52,651 nucleotides of DNA, from positions 1 to 52,651 of the IMG/VR virus record IMGVR_UViG_3300012921_000050. One strand, written 5' to 3'. The stretch is from a virus (lineage: Duplodnaviria > Caudoviricetes). Position numbers and translations under genes: made by a program. Below are positions 34,644 to 43,885 of this stretch, in pieces (the first letter of the stretch is position 1; each line of letters begins with the position of its first letter). The notes below the pieces were generated by a model. That model saw nothing but the letters and a program-made list of their open reading frames with translations, was not told the DNA's origin and made no database searches.

Positions 34644-37439
34644 ATGGCCAGCTCCGCGTCCCGCGCCTACACGTTCCGGCTGTCCTCGGAGGGCCTGGAC
34701 AAGCTCAAGCGCGACATGGAGGCGCTGGGTCCGGCGGGCGCCAAGGCGCTCGACCAGATCACGGCTTCAGTGCCGCAACTGCAGAACGCCTACGACCGGG
34801 CGCAGCGGGCGGCCGACGAGGCGCGCAAGCGCATCGAGGCCTCCAACGACAACGCGGCTCGCGGTTTCGGCCGGGTCGGCGAGGCGGCCGACCGCATGGA
34901 GGCGGGGGTCAAGCGCAGCCTGCGCGGCCTCAACGACGTGCGCGGCACGATGGAGCTGCTCGGCCCGCTGGCCGGCGAGGCGGGCAGCGGGTTCGGCAGC
35001 CTGGTCCGGGTGATCGGCAATGTCGGCGACGCCTTCGGCGTCTTCTCGACGCTGGTCCGGGCCAATCCGCTCGGCGTGCTGATCACCGGCGCCGGGCTGG
35101 CCGCGACGGCGGTCCTGACGCTGGGCGGCGGGCTGGAGAGCGCGGCCGCCGCCCAGAAGAAATATGACGAGGCGGTCAAGGTCTCCAGCGAGCTGATGGA
35201 GACCGCGTCCGAACGGACGCAGCGCCTGGCCGCCGAGACGCGGCGCAAGACGCTGGCCACGCTCGAGGACTCGCTGGCTGTCGAGCAGCGCAACGTCTCG
35301 CAGCTCAAGGCGGCGCGCCTCGCCGAGCAGCAGCTCCTGCTCAGCAATCCGCAGCTCAAGCGCGACGATTCGATCTTCGGTGCGATCGACGCCCAGCTCC
35401 GCGAGCGCCAGTCGCGCGCGACCGATCTCGAGCAGCGCATCAAGGCGGCGCAGAACCCGGCGAATGACGGCGCGGCGCGCGAGGCGGCGGCCAAGGAAGA
35501 GGAGACGTCGCAGGCTGAGGCGCAGAAGCAGTATCTCGCGGACATCGACGCGAGGATCGCGGCCGAAGAAGAGGCTATGCGGACGGTCGCGGCTTCGAAG
35601 CAGTCGCACCACCAGCTGCGGGACAAGATCGCGAAGGAATCGTCCGAGGCTCAGCAGAAGCTGGCGGAGGAGGACGCCAAGGTTCTCCAGGAGAGCGCCA
35701 AGCTCACTGCTGACTTCCAGATCAAGGAGGCGGAGCGGCGCGACCGCGAGGTCTTTGGCAGCGGCGCGATGCGCGCGGCGCAGGATTACTGGCAGTCGTT
35801 GAGTGAGCACGGGCGGCGCGCCGGACAGTTCGTCACCGGCTCGGTCCTCCGGCCGATGGAGGACCAGCTCACCAAGTTCTTCGCCACGGGCAAGGGCAAG
35901 ATCTCGGACTTCTTCGACGCGGTGAAGATGGGCGTGGCGCGCCTAGCCGCGCAGGACGTGATCGGCGGCATCGGTGCCGCGCTGGGCCTAGGGAGCGGCG
36001 GCGGCTCGGCGATCGCTTCCGGCGTGTCCTTTCTCTCCGGTCTGTTCTTCGAGGGCGGCGGCCGGCCGCCGGTGGGCCGTGCGGTGGTTGTCGGCGAGAA
36101 GGGGCCGGAGATCGCTGTCTTCGACCAACCGGCGACGATCTATTCGCACGAGCAGAGCCGGGCGATGCTGCGTCAGGCCGAGGGTTTGGGCCAAGGCGGC
36201 GACAACCGGCTGATCCACGTCATGGATAGGCAGTTGCCGGCGATTGCGTCCGCGCTAGGTCACGACGGAAGGAGAAATCCGCACACCGGCCTGCTGGGCT
36301 TTGCCGACAGCCCGGATGGCGGCTTCGGTGGCAGCACGGACACGGGCCACGACACGGCGACCGGATCAAACGCGGGTATCGGCAGCTCGCCGGCCAATTC
36401 CGGCGAGGGTGGGTTGGAGGGGCTCGACATCCCTGGCCTGCCCAGCCTGCCGGGCATCGGAGGCGGTTCGGCGCGCGGCCTGCATGGCGACCGCGATGAC
36501 CGCGCTGTTGCGGCCTACAACCAGGCACGCGAGATGGGCCTGAGCGTGGACATGGCCTCGCGCGTCGCGTCGTTGGCGTTCGGCCTGGGTCCGACGGCGG
36601 ATTTCGCGTCTCTGGTCGGGCGGGCCCGCTTCGACACCTCGATGCAGGGTCTGGGCCTCTTCGGCCGCCTCGGCTATTCGCTCGGCAATTTCTTCGGCAT
36701 CGGCCAGCAGGGCGGCTTTTTGGGATCGCGGGCAGCGGGTGGCCTCGTCGGCTTTATCAGCACGCTGCTCGGGATGACGCCGCTCGGTCCTTTGGCGGCT
36801 GGTCTGGTGGGCGTTGGCCTGAACACCGCGCGCGGGATGGCTGTCGGTGGGCCGGTAGCGAATGCCGGCCTGGCGAACATGCTGTCCGAGGCGATCAGCA
36901 GCGGCAATTTCGGTCGCTCAATCGGTCACAGCCTGAGCCAGAGCGTCGACCGCATCGGCACCACGCTCGGCCTCGATGGGTCGCGCAGCCTGGGAGCGAC
37001 CCCGGGCGGCCGGTTCGGCGGCTTCGACCTTGCGGCCGGGCAGTTCGGTCATGAAGGTCTGTCGATGGGCGGTGCGGCGCGGGGTGCGGTCGCACGCGGC
37101 GACCTGGCTGCTGACCTCGGCAGCCTGCGCGGCTCGCTGGCGGGGGACTGGAGTGGCGTCGTCGCCACGGGGCAGAACGTGCTGGCGAGCCTGCCGCGCT
37201 TCCACACCGGTGGGAGCTTCGAGGTTCCGGCAGGCGGCGAGGTGCCGGTGGCCTTCATGGCCGAGACGGGCGAGCGCGTCAGTGTGCAGTCGCGTCGGCA
37301 GGTCGAGGCCGGCGATGCCGCGGCCGAGGCGATCACCGACGCCCTCGCGGCTTTGGGTGTCATGTTGAGGGGCGAGTTGCGGGCGTTGCGGACGGAGTTT
37401 GTGCAGCTCTCGCGGCGCGGGGTGCCGGTACAGACCTGA
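34644..37439 (+). CDS. Tape measure protein
   Basis: 931 aa, Ala-rich coiled coil, ANPLG, GG.......VVGEKGPE. Confidence 0.88.
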   Translation: MASSASRAYTFRLSSEGLDKLKRDMEALGPAGAKALDQITASVPQLQNAYDRAQRAADEARKRIEASNDNAARGFGRVGEAADRMEAGVKRSLRGLNDVRGTMELLGPLAGEAGSGFGSLVRVIGNVGDAFGVFSTLVRANPLGVLITGAGLAATAVLTLGGGLESAAAAQKKYDEAVKVSSELMETASERTQRLAAETRRKTLATLEDSLAVEQRNVSQLKAARLAEQQLLLSNPQLKRDDSIFGAIDAQLRERQSRATDLEQRIKAAQNPANDGAAREAAAKEEETSQAEAQKQYLADIDARIAAEEEAMRTVAASKQSHHQLRDKIAKESSEAQQKLAEEDAKVLQESAKLTADFQIKEAERRDREVFGSGAMRAAQDYWQSLSEHGRRAGQFVTGSVLRPMEDQLTKFFATGKGKISDFFDAVKMGVARLAAQDVIGGIGAALGLGSGGGSAIASGVSFLSGLFFEGGGRPPVGRAVVVGEKGPEIAVFDQPATIYSHEQSRAMLRQAEGLGQGGDNRLIHVMDRQLPAIASALGHDGRRNPHTGLLGFADSPDGGFGGSTDTGHDTATGSNAGIGSSPANSGEGGLEGLDIPGLPSLPGIGGGSARGLHGDRDDRAVAAYNQAREMGLSVDMASRVASLAFGLGPTADFASLVGRARFDTSMQGLGLFGRLGYSLGNFFGIGQQGGFLGSRAAGGLVGFISTLLGMTPLGPLAAGLVGVGLNTARGMAVGGPVANAGLANMLSEAISSGNFGRSIGHSLSQSVDRIGTTLGLDGSRSLGATPGGRFGGFDLAAGQFGHEGLSMGGAARGAVARGDLAADLGSLRGSLAGDWSGVVATGQNVLASLPRFHTGGSFEVPAGGEVPVAFMAETGERVSVQSRRQVEAGDAAAEAITDALAALGVMLRGELRALRTEFVQLSRRGVPVQT

Positions 37440-37442
37440 TCG

Positions 37443-37682
37443 CTAGTAGCGGCTGTAATACTCAGTCTCGCCGATCTCGCGGTGACCGCCGGGGCAGCGG
37501 CGGGCCACGGTGAAATACTTGGCGTAGCCAGCGCCGTCCGGCATCAGGCAGTAGCGGGTCTTCTCCTCGGGCGGGTCGGCCGGGCCGCTATTCAGCATCG
37601 TGTCCACGGCGGTGATCGGGTCGATACACCCGCCCAAGGTCAGCCCCAAGAGTGCACAAGCCGCGACTCGCCGGATCGTCAT
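37443..37682 (-). CDS. Small lipoprotein moron
   Basis: MTIRRVAACALLGLTLGG-C lipobox; antisense inside the tail operon. Confidence 0.75.
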   Translation of the reverse strand: MTIRRVAACALLGLTLGGCIDPITAVDTMLNSGPADPPEEKTRYCLMPDGAGYAKYFTVARRCPGGHREIGETEYYSRY

Positions 37683-37700
37683 GCCGGGACGGTAGGCCCG

Positions 37701-37715
37701 GCGAACGGCGTTCGC
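37701..37715. promoter_or_regulatory. 15-bp palindrome copy 9
   Basis: Lies in the 48-bp gap between divergent starts 37682 and 37731. Confidence 0.8.
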
Positions 37716-37730
37716 CAGTGGAAAACCCGC

Positions 37731-39554
37731 ATGCGAATCCAACTGCTCGAATTGGGCTGTTACCTGTCCGGCACGTCCTCGACGTCCCGGGCAATCGGCA
37801 CGGGGGCCCACAGTTTCGTGCTGGCCAAGGAGACGCTCTACGGCGGCAAGGGGAAGCCGCCGCCCGGCCTGACCAGCATCGTCGGGCTGGCGATGCGGGC
37901 CTCGGCCGATGCCGAAAACTTCATGGAGGGCACGCTCACCGCCTATGACCCGGTGACGCGGACCGTGACGCTCGATATATCGGCGGTCACCGGGACAGGA
38001 ACGCACGGCGCCTGGCTGATCGGCGGGGCAACAACGCTGCGCTACGCCTCGGGCGAAGGCTACAACCAGCCCACGGCGCCCGATTACTACTGGCCGCGCA
38101 CCATGCAGCCGTTCTGGCTGCGCCGGACGGCCTTCTCGCCCGACAAGGTGGGAGGAGAAATCCGGGTCGGCGCGGGCGAGGCCATCCTCGCCAATGCGGA
38201 CGGGAGGCTGGACGCCCTGCGCCATTACGCCTTCGGGGGTCGCACCGCCGTGCTCAAGACGATCGACGACGCGGCGGCGTTCGGCACGGCGGAGACCGAG
38301 ATTTCGGCGGTGATCGACCAGCCTGTTCATCAATGGGGCGACGAGACGCCGTCGCAGATCGTGCTGCGGCTATACGACCGGCTCGAGGATTTGCGCAAGC
38401 CGGTGCAAACCAATCGCTACGCCGGGACCAACACCGGCTCGCCGCTGGCCGGCGTGGAAGGCGGCGACGACATCAAGGGCAAGGTCAAGCCTCTGGTCGT
38501 CTGCCAGGCCTTGGACGCGCCCGGGGAGTGCGTCAACCGGGACCGGCTGATCTACCAGTGGCACGACGGCGCCGTTCATTCGCTGGTGGTCTATGTCGGC
38601 GGCAAGCTGCTGACGGCCGGCACGCCCTACGCCAGCCAGGCGGAGATGGAGGCGAATGCGCCCAGCGCCGGCCACTACCGGGTCTGGCTAGCCGGCGGCA
38701 TGGCGCGTCTGGGCGAGGGGGCGACGGGGCCGGTCACGGCGGAGGTGGTCGTGGAGGCGACGGCCGCGGCCCGGACCACGTCGCAGGCGATGAAACGGGT
38801 GGCGACCCGCTCCAACGGCATGCCCGAGGGCGACGTGGTCGCCGCCGATGTCACGGCCCTGGACGCGGCGTCGGACGCGGAGGTGCAGCTCTTCGTCAAC
38901 CAGGAGGGCACGACAATTCTGGACTGCCTGAATGCGCTCGCGCCGGGCGCGGGCGCCTCGTTCGGCATCGACGCGCTCAATCGGCTGCGCATGAAGCAGC
39001 TCGCGGCGCCGGGCGGTTCGCCTGCAGTCACGCTGCGCAAGCTGGGCGGAGACGCGGTCGGGGACGCCACCACGGTGGACACGATCCGGGTGAGCCGGAA
39101 GGTCAACGGGGAGCGCAGCCTGTCCGTGCCGGTCTGCCGCGTCGTCGTGCATTTCAGGAAGTGCTGGACCGTCCAGCCCTCGGGCTTCGACGAGACCATC
39201 GACGAGGCCCGCAAGGCGTTCATCGGCAAGGAGTGGCGCGAGGCGGTGGCCGAGAGCGCGCTGGTCAAGCTCAAGCACCCCAACGCCCGCGAGCTGCACA
39301 TCCATTCGCCGCTGATCGACGAGGCGGCGGCACAGGCCGAGGCGGACCGGGTGCTGGTGTTGTTCGGCGCCGAGCGGGACCTGCTCGAGGCCCATGTGAA
39401 GTGGAGCCCGGCGCTCGCCTCTCTGGTGGATATCGGCTCGGTCGTGGAGCTGGTCGACAGCCGCTACGGCTACGACGAGGGCGAGACGCTGCTCGTGGTC
39501 GAGCATGAGCGCGACGCGGCGAAGGATTCGGCGATCCTGGGATTGTGGGGGTAG
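37731..39554 (+). CDS. Tail tip/hub protein
   Basis: LANADG.LD, YAGTN....G.EG..D.KGK.KP, IYQ.HDG, ends L.LWG. Confidence 0.75.
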   Translation: MRIQLLELGCYLSGTSSTSRAIGTGAHSFVLAKETLYGGKGKPPPGLTSIVGLAMRASADAENFMEGTLTAYDPVTRTVTLDISAVTGTGTHGAWLIGGATTLRYASGEGYNQPTAPDYYWPRTMQPFWLRRTAFSPDKVGGEIRVGAGEAILANADGRLDALRHYAFGGRTAVLKTIDDAAAFGTAETEISAVIDQPVHQWGDETPSQIVLRLYDRLEDLRKPVQTNRYAGTNTGSPLAGVEGGDDIKGKVKPLVVCQALDAPGECVNRDRLIYQWHDGAVHSLVVYVGGKLLTAGTPYASQAEMEANAPSAGHYRVWLAGGMARLGEGATGPVTAEVVVEATAAARTTSQAMKRVATRSNGMPEGDVVAADVTALDAASDAEVQLFVNQEGTTILDCLNALAPGAGASFGIDALNRLRMKQLAAPGGSPAVTLRKLGGDAVGDATTVDTIRVSRKVNGERSLSVPVCRVVVHFRKCWTVQPSGFDETIDEARKAFIGKEWREAVAESALVKLKHPNARELHIHSPLIDEAAAQAEADRVLVLFGAERDLLEAHVKWSPALASLVDIGSVVELVDSRYGYDEGETLLVVEHERDAAKDSAILGLWG

Positions 39555-39556
39555 GG

Positions 39557-40423
39557 ATGGCTGATATTTCCAAGAACGCCGTCCATTGCTTTCCTCGCTA
39601 TACCGAGGAGCTCAGCCTGAGCGGCGGGTCGTGGCATGCCACTTACGGGCTCGCCAACCTGACGGACCTGCCGCTGAGCTTCGTGGCGCGCTCGGCCAGC
39701 CTGTCGACGGCGCATACGCAAATGCTGGGTGTCATGGCGAAGCCTCGCTTGGTCAGCGTCGTGACCCTGGTGGGTCACAACGGCAGCCTCAACGGCTCGG
39801 CGCGGGTCCGCTACTACGAGGACGCGGCGGCGACCTCGCTCGTTCACGACATGGGCGAGCAGCCGATCTGGCCGATCGTCTATCCGCTCGAGACCTGCAT
39901 CTGGGGCTGCGAGCAGTGGTGGACCGGAAAGTACACGGCGGACGAGATCGCCGGCTACCGCTGGACCCGGGCCTTCCGTCTCGACTCGCCGGTGATGGCG
40001 CGGGCGATCAAGGTGGACATCGACGACACCTCAAACCCAGCCGGGTTCTTTCAGCTCGGCATGCTGGACGTCGCGCTGGGCAGCCAGTGGGGCGTCAATT
40101 TCGGCTACGACAAGCAGTTCGGCTTCGACGACCTGACGGAACTGCAGAGGGCATCCGGCGGCGAGGAATACGCCACCGATGCCGCGATCAAGCGCATTGT
40201 CACTGGCCAGTACAACGGCCTCAACCACGACGAGGCGATGACCGGGCCGTTCGAGATGCAGCGCCAGCTGCGCAAGAAGAAGCCCTTCGTCTTCATGCCG
40301 TTCCCGGCATCGCCGCTGCACCACCTGCGCGACACGATCCTTTGCCGTCAGGTCGAGCTGCCGATGCTGTCCCACATCCGGCACCGGCGCGACCGGTACC
40401 GCTTCACCTACCGCGAGGTCTGA
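39557..40423 (+). CDS. Tail tip (distal-tail-like) protein
   Basis: LSGGSW....L.NL....L..VARS, L.GHN.S, D.SNPAG...LG; position. Confidence 0.7.
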   Translation: MADISKNAVHCFPRYTEELSLSGGSWHATYGLANLTDLPLSFVARSASLSTAHTQMLGVMAKPRLVSVVTLVGHNGSLNGSARVRYYEDAAATSLVHDMGEQPIWPIVYPLETCIWGCEQWWTGKYTADEIAGYRWTRAFRLDSPVMARAIKVDIDDTSNPAGFFQLGMLDVALGSQWGVNFGYDKQFGFDDLTELQRASGGEEYATDAAIKRIVTGQYNGLNHDEAMTGPFEMQRQLRKKKPFVFMPFPASPLHHLRDTILCRQVELPMLSHIRHRRDRYRFTYREV

Positions 40424-40424
40424 G

Positions 40425-41813
40425 ATGTCCGAGAACGACGTCACCCTGAACGGCATTCTGTTCACGAGCGGCCCCAGCGACGGCACGAAGCTGGGCCTGA
40501 CCCCGTCAACGATCGATGCCGGCGCGCGCGTCAACCTCTTTCCGTTGCTGCGCGCGATGGTCGCGGTGGCGGCGGCCATCGGCGGCTACGGGGTCACCTC
40601 GTCGACGTCGATCACCCCGGGCACGGGCTCGAAGGGGCCCTTCACCACGGCGCCGGCCGCGACGGTCTATGCCGTCGACACATTGGTCTGGGCCTTCAGC
40701 CGCTCCGACCCGACCAAGGAGATCATCGGGCCTGTCGTCAGCCATGCCGGCGGCATCCTGCAGATGACCGGGGTCTACGCCAGCGGTGCGGGCGCGGTGA
40801 CGGACTGGATCATCGTGCCCTACAACCGGGCGCCGCTGCCGGCAGACGCTGCGGGCTATCTTAAGAACGATGGCGTCGGCGGTCTGAGCTACGGAGCGAT
40901 CACCGAACTGGCCTCCAGCCTGGCGTTCACCGGGGTGATTTCGCCGACGCAGCTCGCGGCGAACACGGACAACTACGCCCCGACGGGCGGCGGCACGGCC
41001 ACGACGTGGCGCCTGTCGACCGATGCCAGCCGCAACCTGACCGGAATGACAGGCGGCGCCACGGGCGTCGTGCGGCTGCTGGAGAATGTCGGCGCCAACG
41101 ACCTGGTACTCAAGCACGACGCGACCTCGACGGCAGCCAACCGCTTTTATTGCCCGAACAGCACGGACTACACGCTGAAGGCCAACGAAAGCGTGTGGTG
41201 CGTCTACGACGCGACCTCGAGCCGCTGGCGGGTGATCGCCAAGGCGCCCACGACGTCGGCGGGCTGGGAGTTCGTCGAGACACAGACCGCATCGACCTCG
41301 TCGACCATCGACCTCGGCGTTGCCAATCTCGCGGCCGGCTACGACTACGTCATCAAGTGCATCGAGGTGAAATGCTCGGGCGACCAGGCGGCCGGGTTCC
41401 CGGCGCTGCGCTTCGGCACAGGAGGCAGTCCGACCTATCAGACGAGCGGTTACACCTCCCAGCAATTCACCTCCGGCGGCGGCGGTGGCACGGACCAGAA
41501 GTCGGAACGCGACAACATCACATCGGGCGTCGCGCTGGGTCCCAACGGGGCCGCGACCGTGGACTATCTGGGCGGGGCGTCCGCGGGCGAGACGTGGGAC
41601 GGCGAGATCCAGATTTCGGCGCCGGCCAATAGCACCATCCACAAGGTGTCGGCGCGCCTGAACTACCTCACCAGCTCGGGCGGGAAGCAGATCACGCTCA
41701 GCACAGGCTGGCGCACCACGGCGGAGGTGCTGACGGCGCTGCGCCTGCTGCCGTCGAGCGGGACGTTCGAGAGCGGCACCTTCGTCCTCATGAGAAGGAA
41801 GATTGCGGCATGA
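40425..41813 (+). CDS. Tail fibre / receptor-binding protein
   Basis: Thr/Gly/Ser-rich beta modules; ends SGTFESGTFVL. Confidence 0.75.
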   Translation: MSENDVTLNGILFTSGPSDGTKLGLTPSTIDAGARVNLFPLLRAMVAVAAAIGGYGVTSSTSITPGTGSKGPFTTAPAATVYAVDTLVWAFSRSDPTKEIIGPVVSHAGGILQMTGVYASGAGAVTDWIIVPYNRAPLPADAAGYLKNDGVGGLSYGAITELASSLAFTGVISPTQLAANTDNYAPTGGGTATTWRLSTDASRNLTGMTGGATGVVRLLENVGANDLVLKHDATSTAANRFYCPNSTDYTLKANESVWCVYDATSSRWRVIAKAPTTSAGWEFVETQTASTSSTIDLGVANLAAGYDYVIKCIEVKCSGDQAAGFPALRFGTGGSPTYQTSGYTSQQFTSGGGGGTDQKSERDNITSGVALGPNGAATVDYLGGASAGETWDGEIQISAPANSTIHKVSARLNYLTSSGGKQITLSTGWRTTAEVLTALRLLPSSGTFESGTFVLMRRKIAA

Positions 41814-42406
41814 CCCAGCACATCCGCCGGATTTCCGAACCCTCCGCGCTCGAGGGCCGCTACAGCACGCGGGCTCTGCTCAGCGACGGGCCTGCCGGCT
41901 CGCGCGTGCAACTGCGCGACCCCGACACGAGCGATCTGCTGGTCGAAGACGTGCCGTTCACGGCCGAGGAAATCGCCGCGGCCGAGGCGGCGGAGGCCGC
42001 CCTGGAGCCGACCTTCGAGGACCGGCGCGCGGACAAGATCGCCGCGATCGAGGCGCGCAAGTCGGCCGTGCTGGCACAGGGCGCTCCCTTCGCCGGCAAG
42101 CGCATCGCCGTCGACCCGGGCTCGCGCAGCGATCTGGGCGGCATGGGGGCCACGGCTCTCGCGGTGCTGGTCACCAGCGGCAGCGTGCCGTGGCCGGAAT
42201 CCTACGCCGAGGGCTGGATTGCCGAGGACAACACGCGCGTGCCGCTCGAGACACCGGCGGCGGGTCTGGCTCTGGGGGCCGCGGTCGGTGACTGGTACGC
42301 GCAGGTCGTGCAGCTCGCGCGCGACCTCAAGAACGCGGCGCTGGCGGCCGGGGATGACGCGGCGCTCGAGGCGATCGACGTCGAGGGCGCCGGGTGGCCC
42401 GCCTAG
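41810..42406 (+). CDS. DUF4376-like tail fibre assembly protein
   Basis: D..SR..L.G, WIAEDNT.V.L, AR.LK.A...A.D..AL.AID...GWP. Confidence 0.8.
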   Translation: MTQHIRRISEPSALEGRYSTRALLSDGPAGSRVQLRDPDTSDLLVEDVPFTAEEIAAAEAAEAALEPTFEDRRADKIAAIEARKSAVLAQGAPFAGKRIAVDPGSRSDLGGMGATALAVLVTSGSVPWPESYAEGWIAEDNTRVPLETPAAGLALGAAVGDWYAQVVQLARDLKNAALAAGDDAALEAIDVEGAGWPA

Positions 42407-42420
42407 CGAACGGCGTTCGC
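42406..42420. promoter_or_regulatory. 15-bp palindrome copy 10
   Basis: GCGAACGGCGTTCGC begins at the last base of the stop codon; boundary of tail and lysis modules. Confidence 0.8.
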
Positions 42421-42450
42421 AAATCCGGATAGGCAGAAAAGGGGGCCGGG

Positions 42451-43101
42451 ATGCCGCCACTTGATCTGGCAATCGTGCTGATGCTGGCCGCCTCGGGCGG
42501 CATTTTTTATCGCGTGCGGGACGGCTGGCTCGGCGGCTATGTGCCGGGCGGCACGTTCGGGGCGCGCATGGTCTGGGCCGTCCCGACCGCGCTGCTGATG
42601 GGCTGGGCGTTCGGGCGCTGGTGGATCGTCCTCGCCGCGATACCGGCCTGGCTGGTCGGCGTGTCGATCGGCTGGGGCTCCTACCACGACCTCGGTCGCT
42701 CGGCGCCGACCGACGAACGCTGGGCCCGGCGGCTGCTTCACGCGCTCTTCCCGGCCGAGAAGCGCGGCGGACATCTCTACGACTTCGCCGGTATGACGAT
42801 CCGCGGCCTGATCCTGACCGCGCCGCCGTCGCTGGTCATCGCCGCGGTGAGCTGGCGCGACGCGCTCGTGTTCCTTATCTGCGGCCTTGCTCTCGGCCTG
42901 CACTACGAAATCGGCTGGCTGCTCGGGCGCTTCACCACGCAGAGCTGGCCGGCGCCGTTCGGCGAGCCGCCCGGCGTCAAGACGCGGGCGGGGGTGTTCA
43001 TCGACGGCGGCGGCGCGTGGGCCTCGCTCTGCGTCGGCATCGCGATCTGGGGTCTCATCGCCCAATGGGGCATTCAACCCATGGGGGGAGTGGAACGATG
43101 A
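42451..43101 (+). CDS. Multi-pass membrane protein
   Basis: Several hydrophobic segments; coupled to the holin. Confidence 0.7.
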   Translation: MPPLDLAIVLMLAASGGIFYRVRDGWLGGYVPGGTFGARMVWAVPTALLMGWAFGRWWIVLAAIPAWLVGVSIGWGSYHDLGRSAPTDERWARRLLHALFPAEKRGGHLYDFAGMTIRGLILTAPPSLVIAAVSWRDALVFLICGLALGLHYEIGWLLGRFTTQSWPAPFGEPPGVKTRAGVFIDGGGAWASLCVGIAIWGLIAQWGIQPMGGVER

Positions 43102-43430
43102 ACAATGTAAACGGCGGCGGTCTCTGGGACCCGATCTTCGGGGCCGTGCTGGCTTTCGTCTGCGGGCTGCTGGGCCGGTTGATGTATCACGCGCGCGAGG
43201 CGCAGGCCGGGCGGCGTCCCGTCCTCGGCTGGCACCTGGTGCTGGAGTTGCCGGTGGCGGGGGGCATGTGCGCCGTCGGCATGGGGATCGCCAGCTGGCT
43301 GGCGCTGGGCTTCTGGCCGACCGTCGCCGTGGTGACGGCCATCTCGTATGTCGGCCCGCCCTTCATCGAATGGGCGCTGGACCTGGTGCGGGCGCGGTTC
43401 GGCTCGACGAGCGGCGGAGGCGGGGCATGA
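43098..43430 (+). CDS. Holin (LydA-like)
   Basis: GLLGRLMYH..E.Q.GRR.....L.LELP.A..M; 3 TMs; precedes the endolysin. Confidence 0.85.
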   Translation: MNNVNGGGLWDPIFGAVLAFVCGLLGRLMYHAREAQAGRRPVLGWHLVLELPVAGGMCAVGMGIASWLALGFWPTVAVVTAISYVGPPFIEWALDLVRARFGSTSGGGGA

Positions 43431-43870
43431 CCCGCCTCAGCGAGAATTTCAGCCTCGACGAGCTGACGGTCTCGCAGGAGGCCGTGCGTCGCGGGCTGGA
43501 CAACACTCCACCGGATGCGGTGCTGCCGGCGCTCTTCCGCACGGCCGAGGGTCTGGAGCGCATCCGGGAGTCTCTCGGCAAGCCGATCGTCGTCACGTCG
43601 GGTTACCGCTCGAAGGCGGTCAACGCGGCGGTCGGCGGCAAGGAGACGAGCCAGCACGTGCGCGGCGAGGCAGCGGACATCATCTGTCCGCAGTTCGGCG
43701 ATCCGGCGGGGGTGGCGCAGTTCATTGCCGAGCGCGCGGCGGAGCTGGGCGTCGACCAGGTCATCCTCGAGTTCGACCGCTGGGTCCACGTCTCGTTCTC
43801 GCTCACGCCGCGGCACATGGCCCTGACAATCCGGGCGAGCGGCACCCGCCCGGGCATCGTCGCGGCGTAA
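43427..43870 (+). CDS. Endolysin, peptidase M15A family
   Basis: LSENFSL.EL, SGYRS..VN.AVGG...SQH..GEAAD, WVHVS. Confidence 0.92.
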   Translation: MTRLSENFSLDELTVSQEAVRRGLDNTPPDAVLPALFRTAEGLERIRESLGKPIVVTSGYRSKAVNAAVGGKETSQHVRGEAADIICPQFGDPAGVAQFIAERAAELGVDQVILEFDRWVHVSFSLTPRHMALTIRASGTRPGIVAA

Positions 43871-43885
43871 CCTCAAGAGGCTGTC

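Noticed and set aside
40425-42406. Diversity-generating retroelement or invertible tail-fibre cassette
   Set aside because: No reverse transcriptase, no TR/VR repeat pair and no invertase seen.
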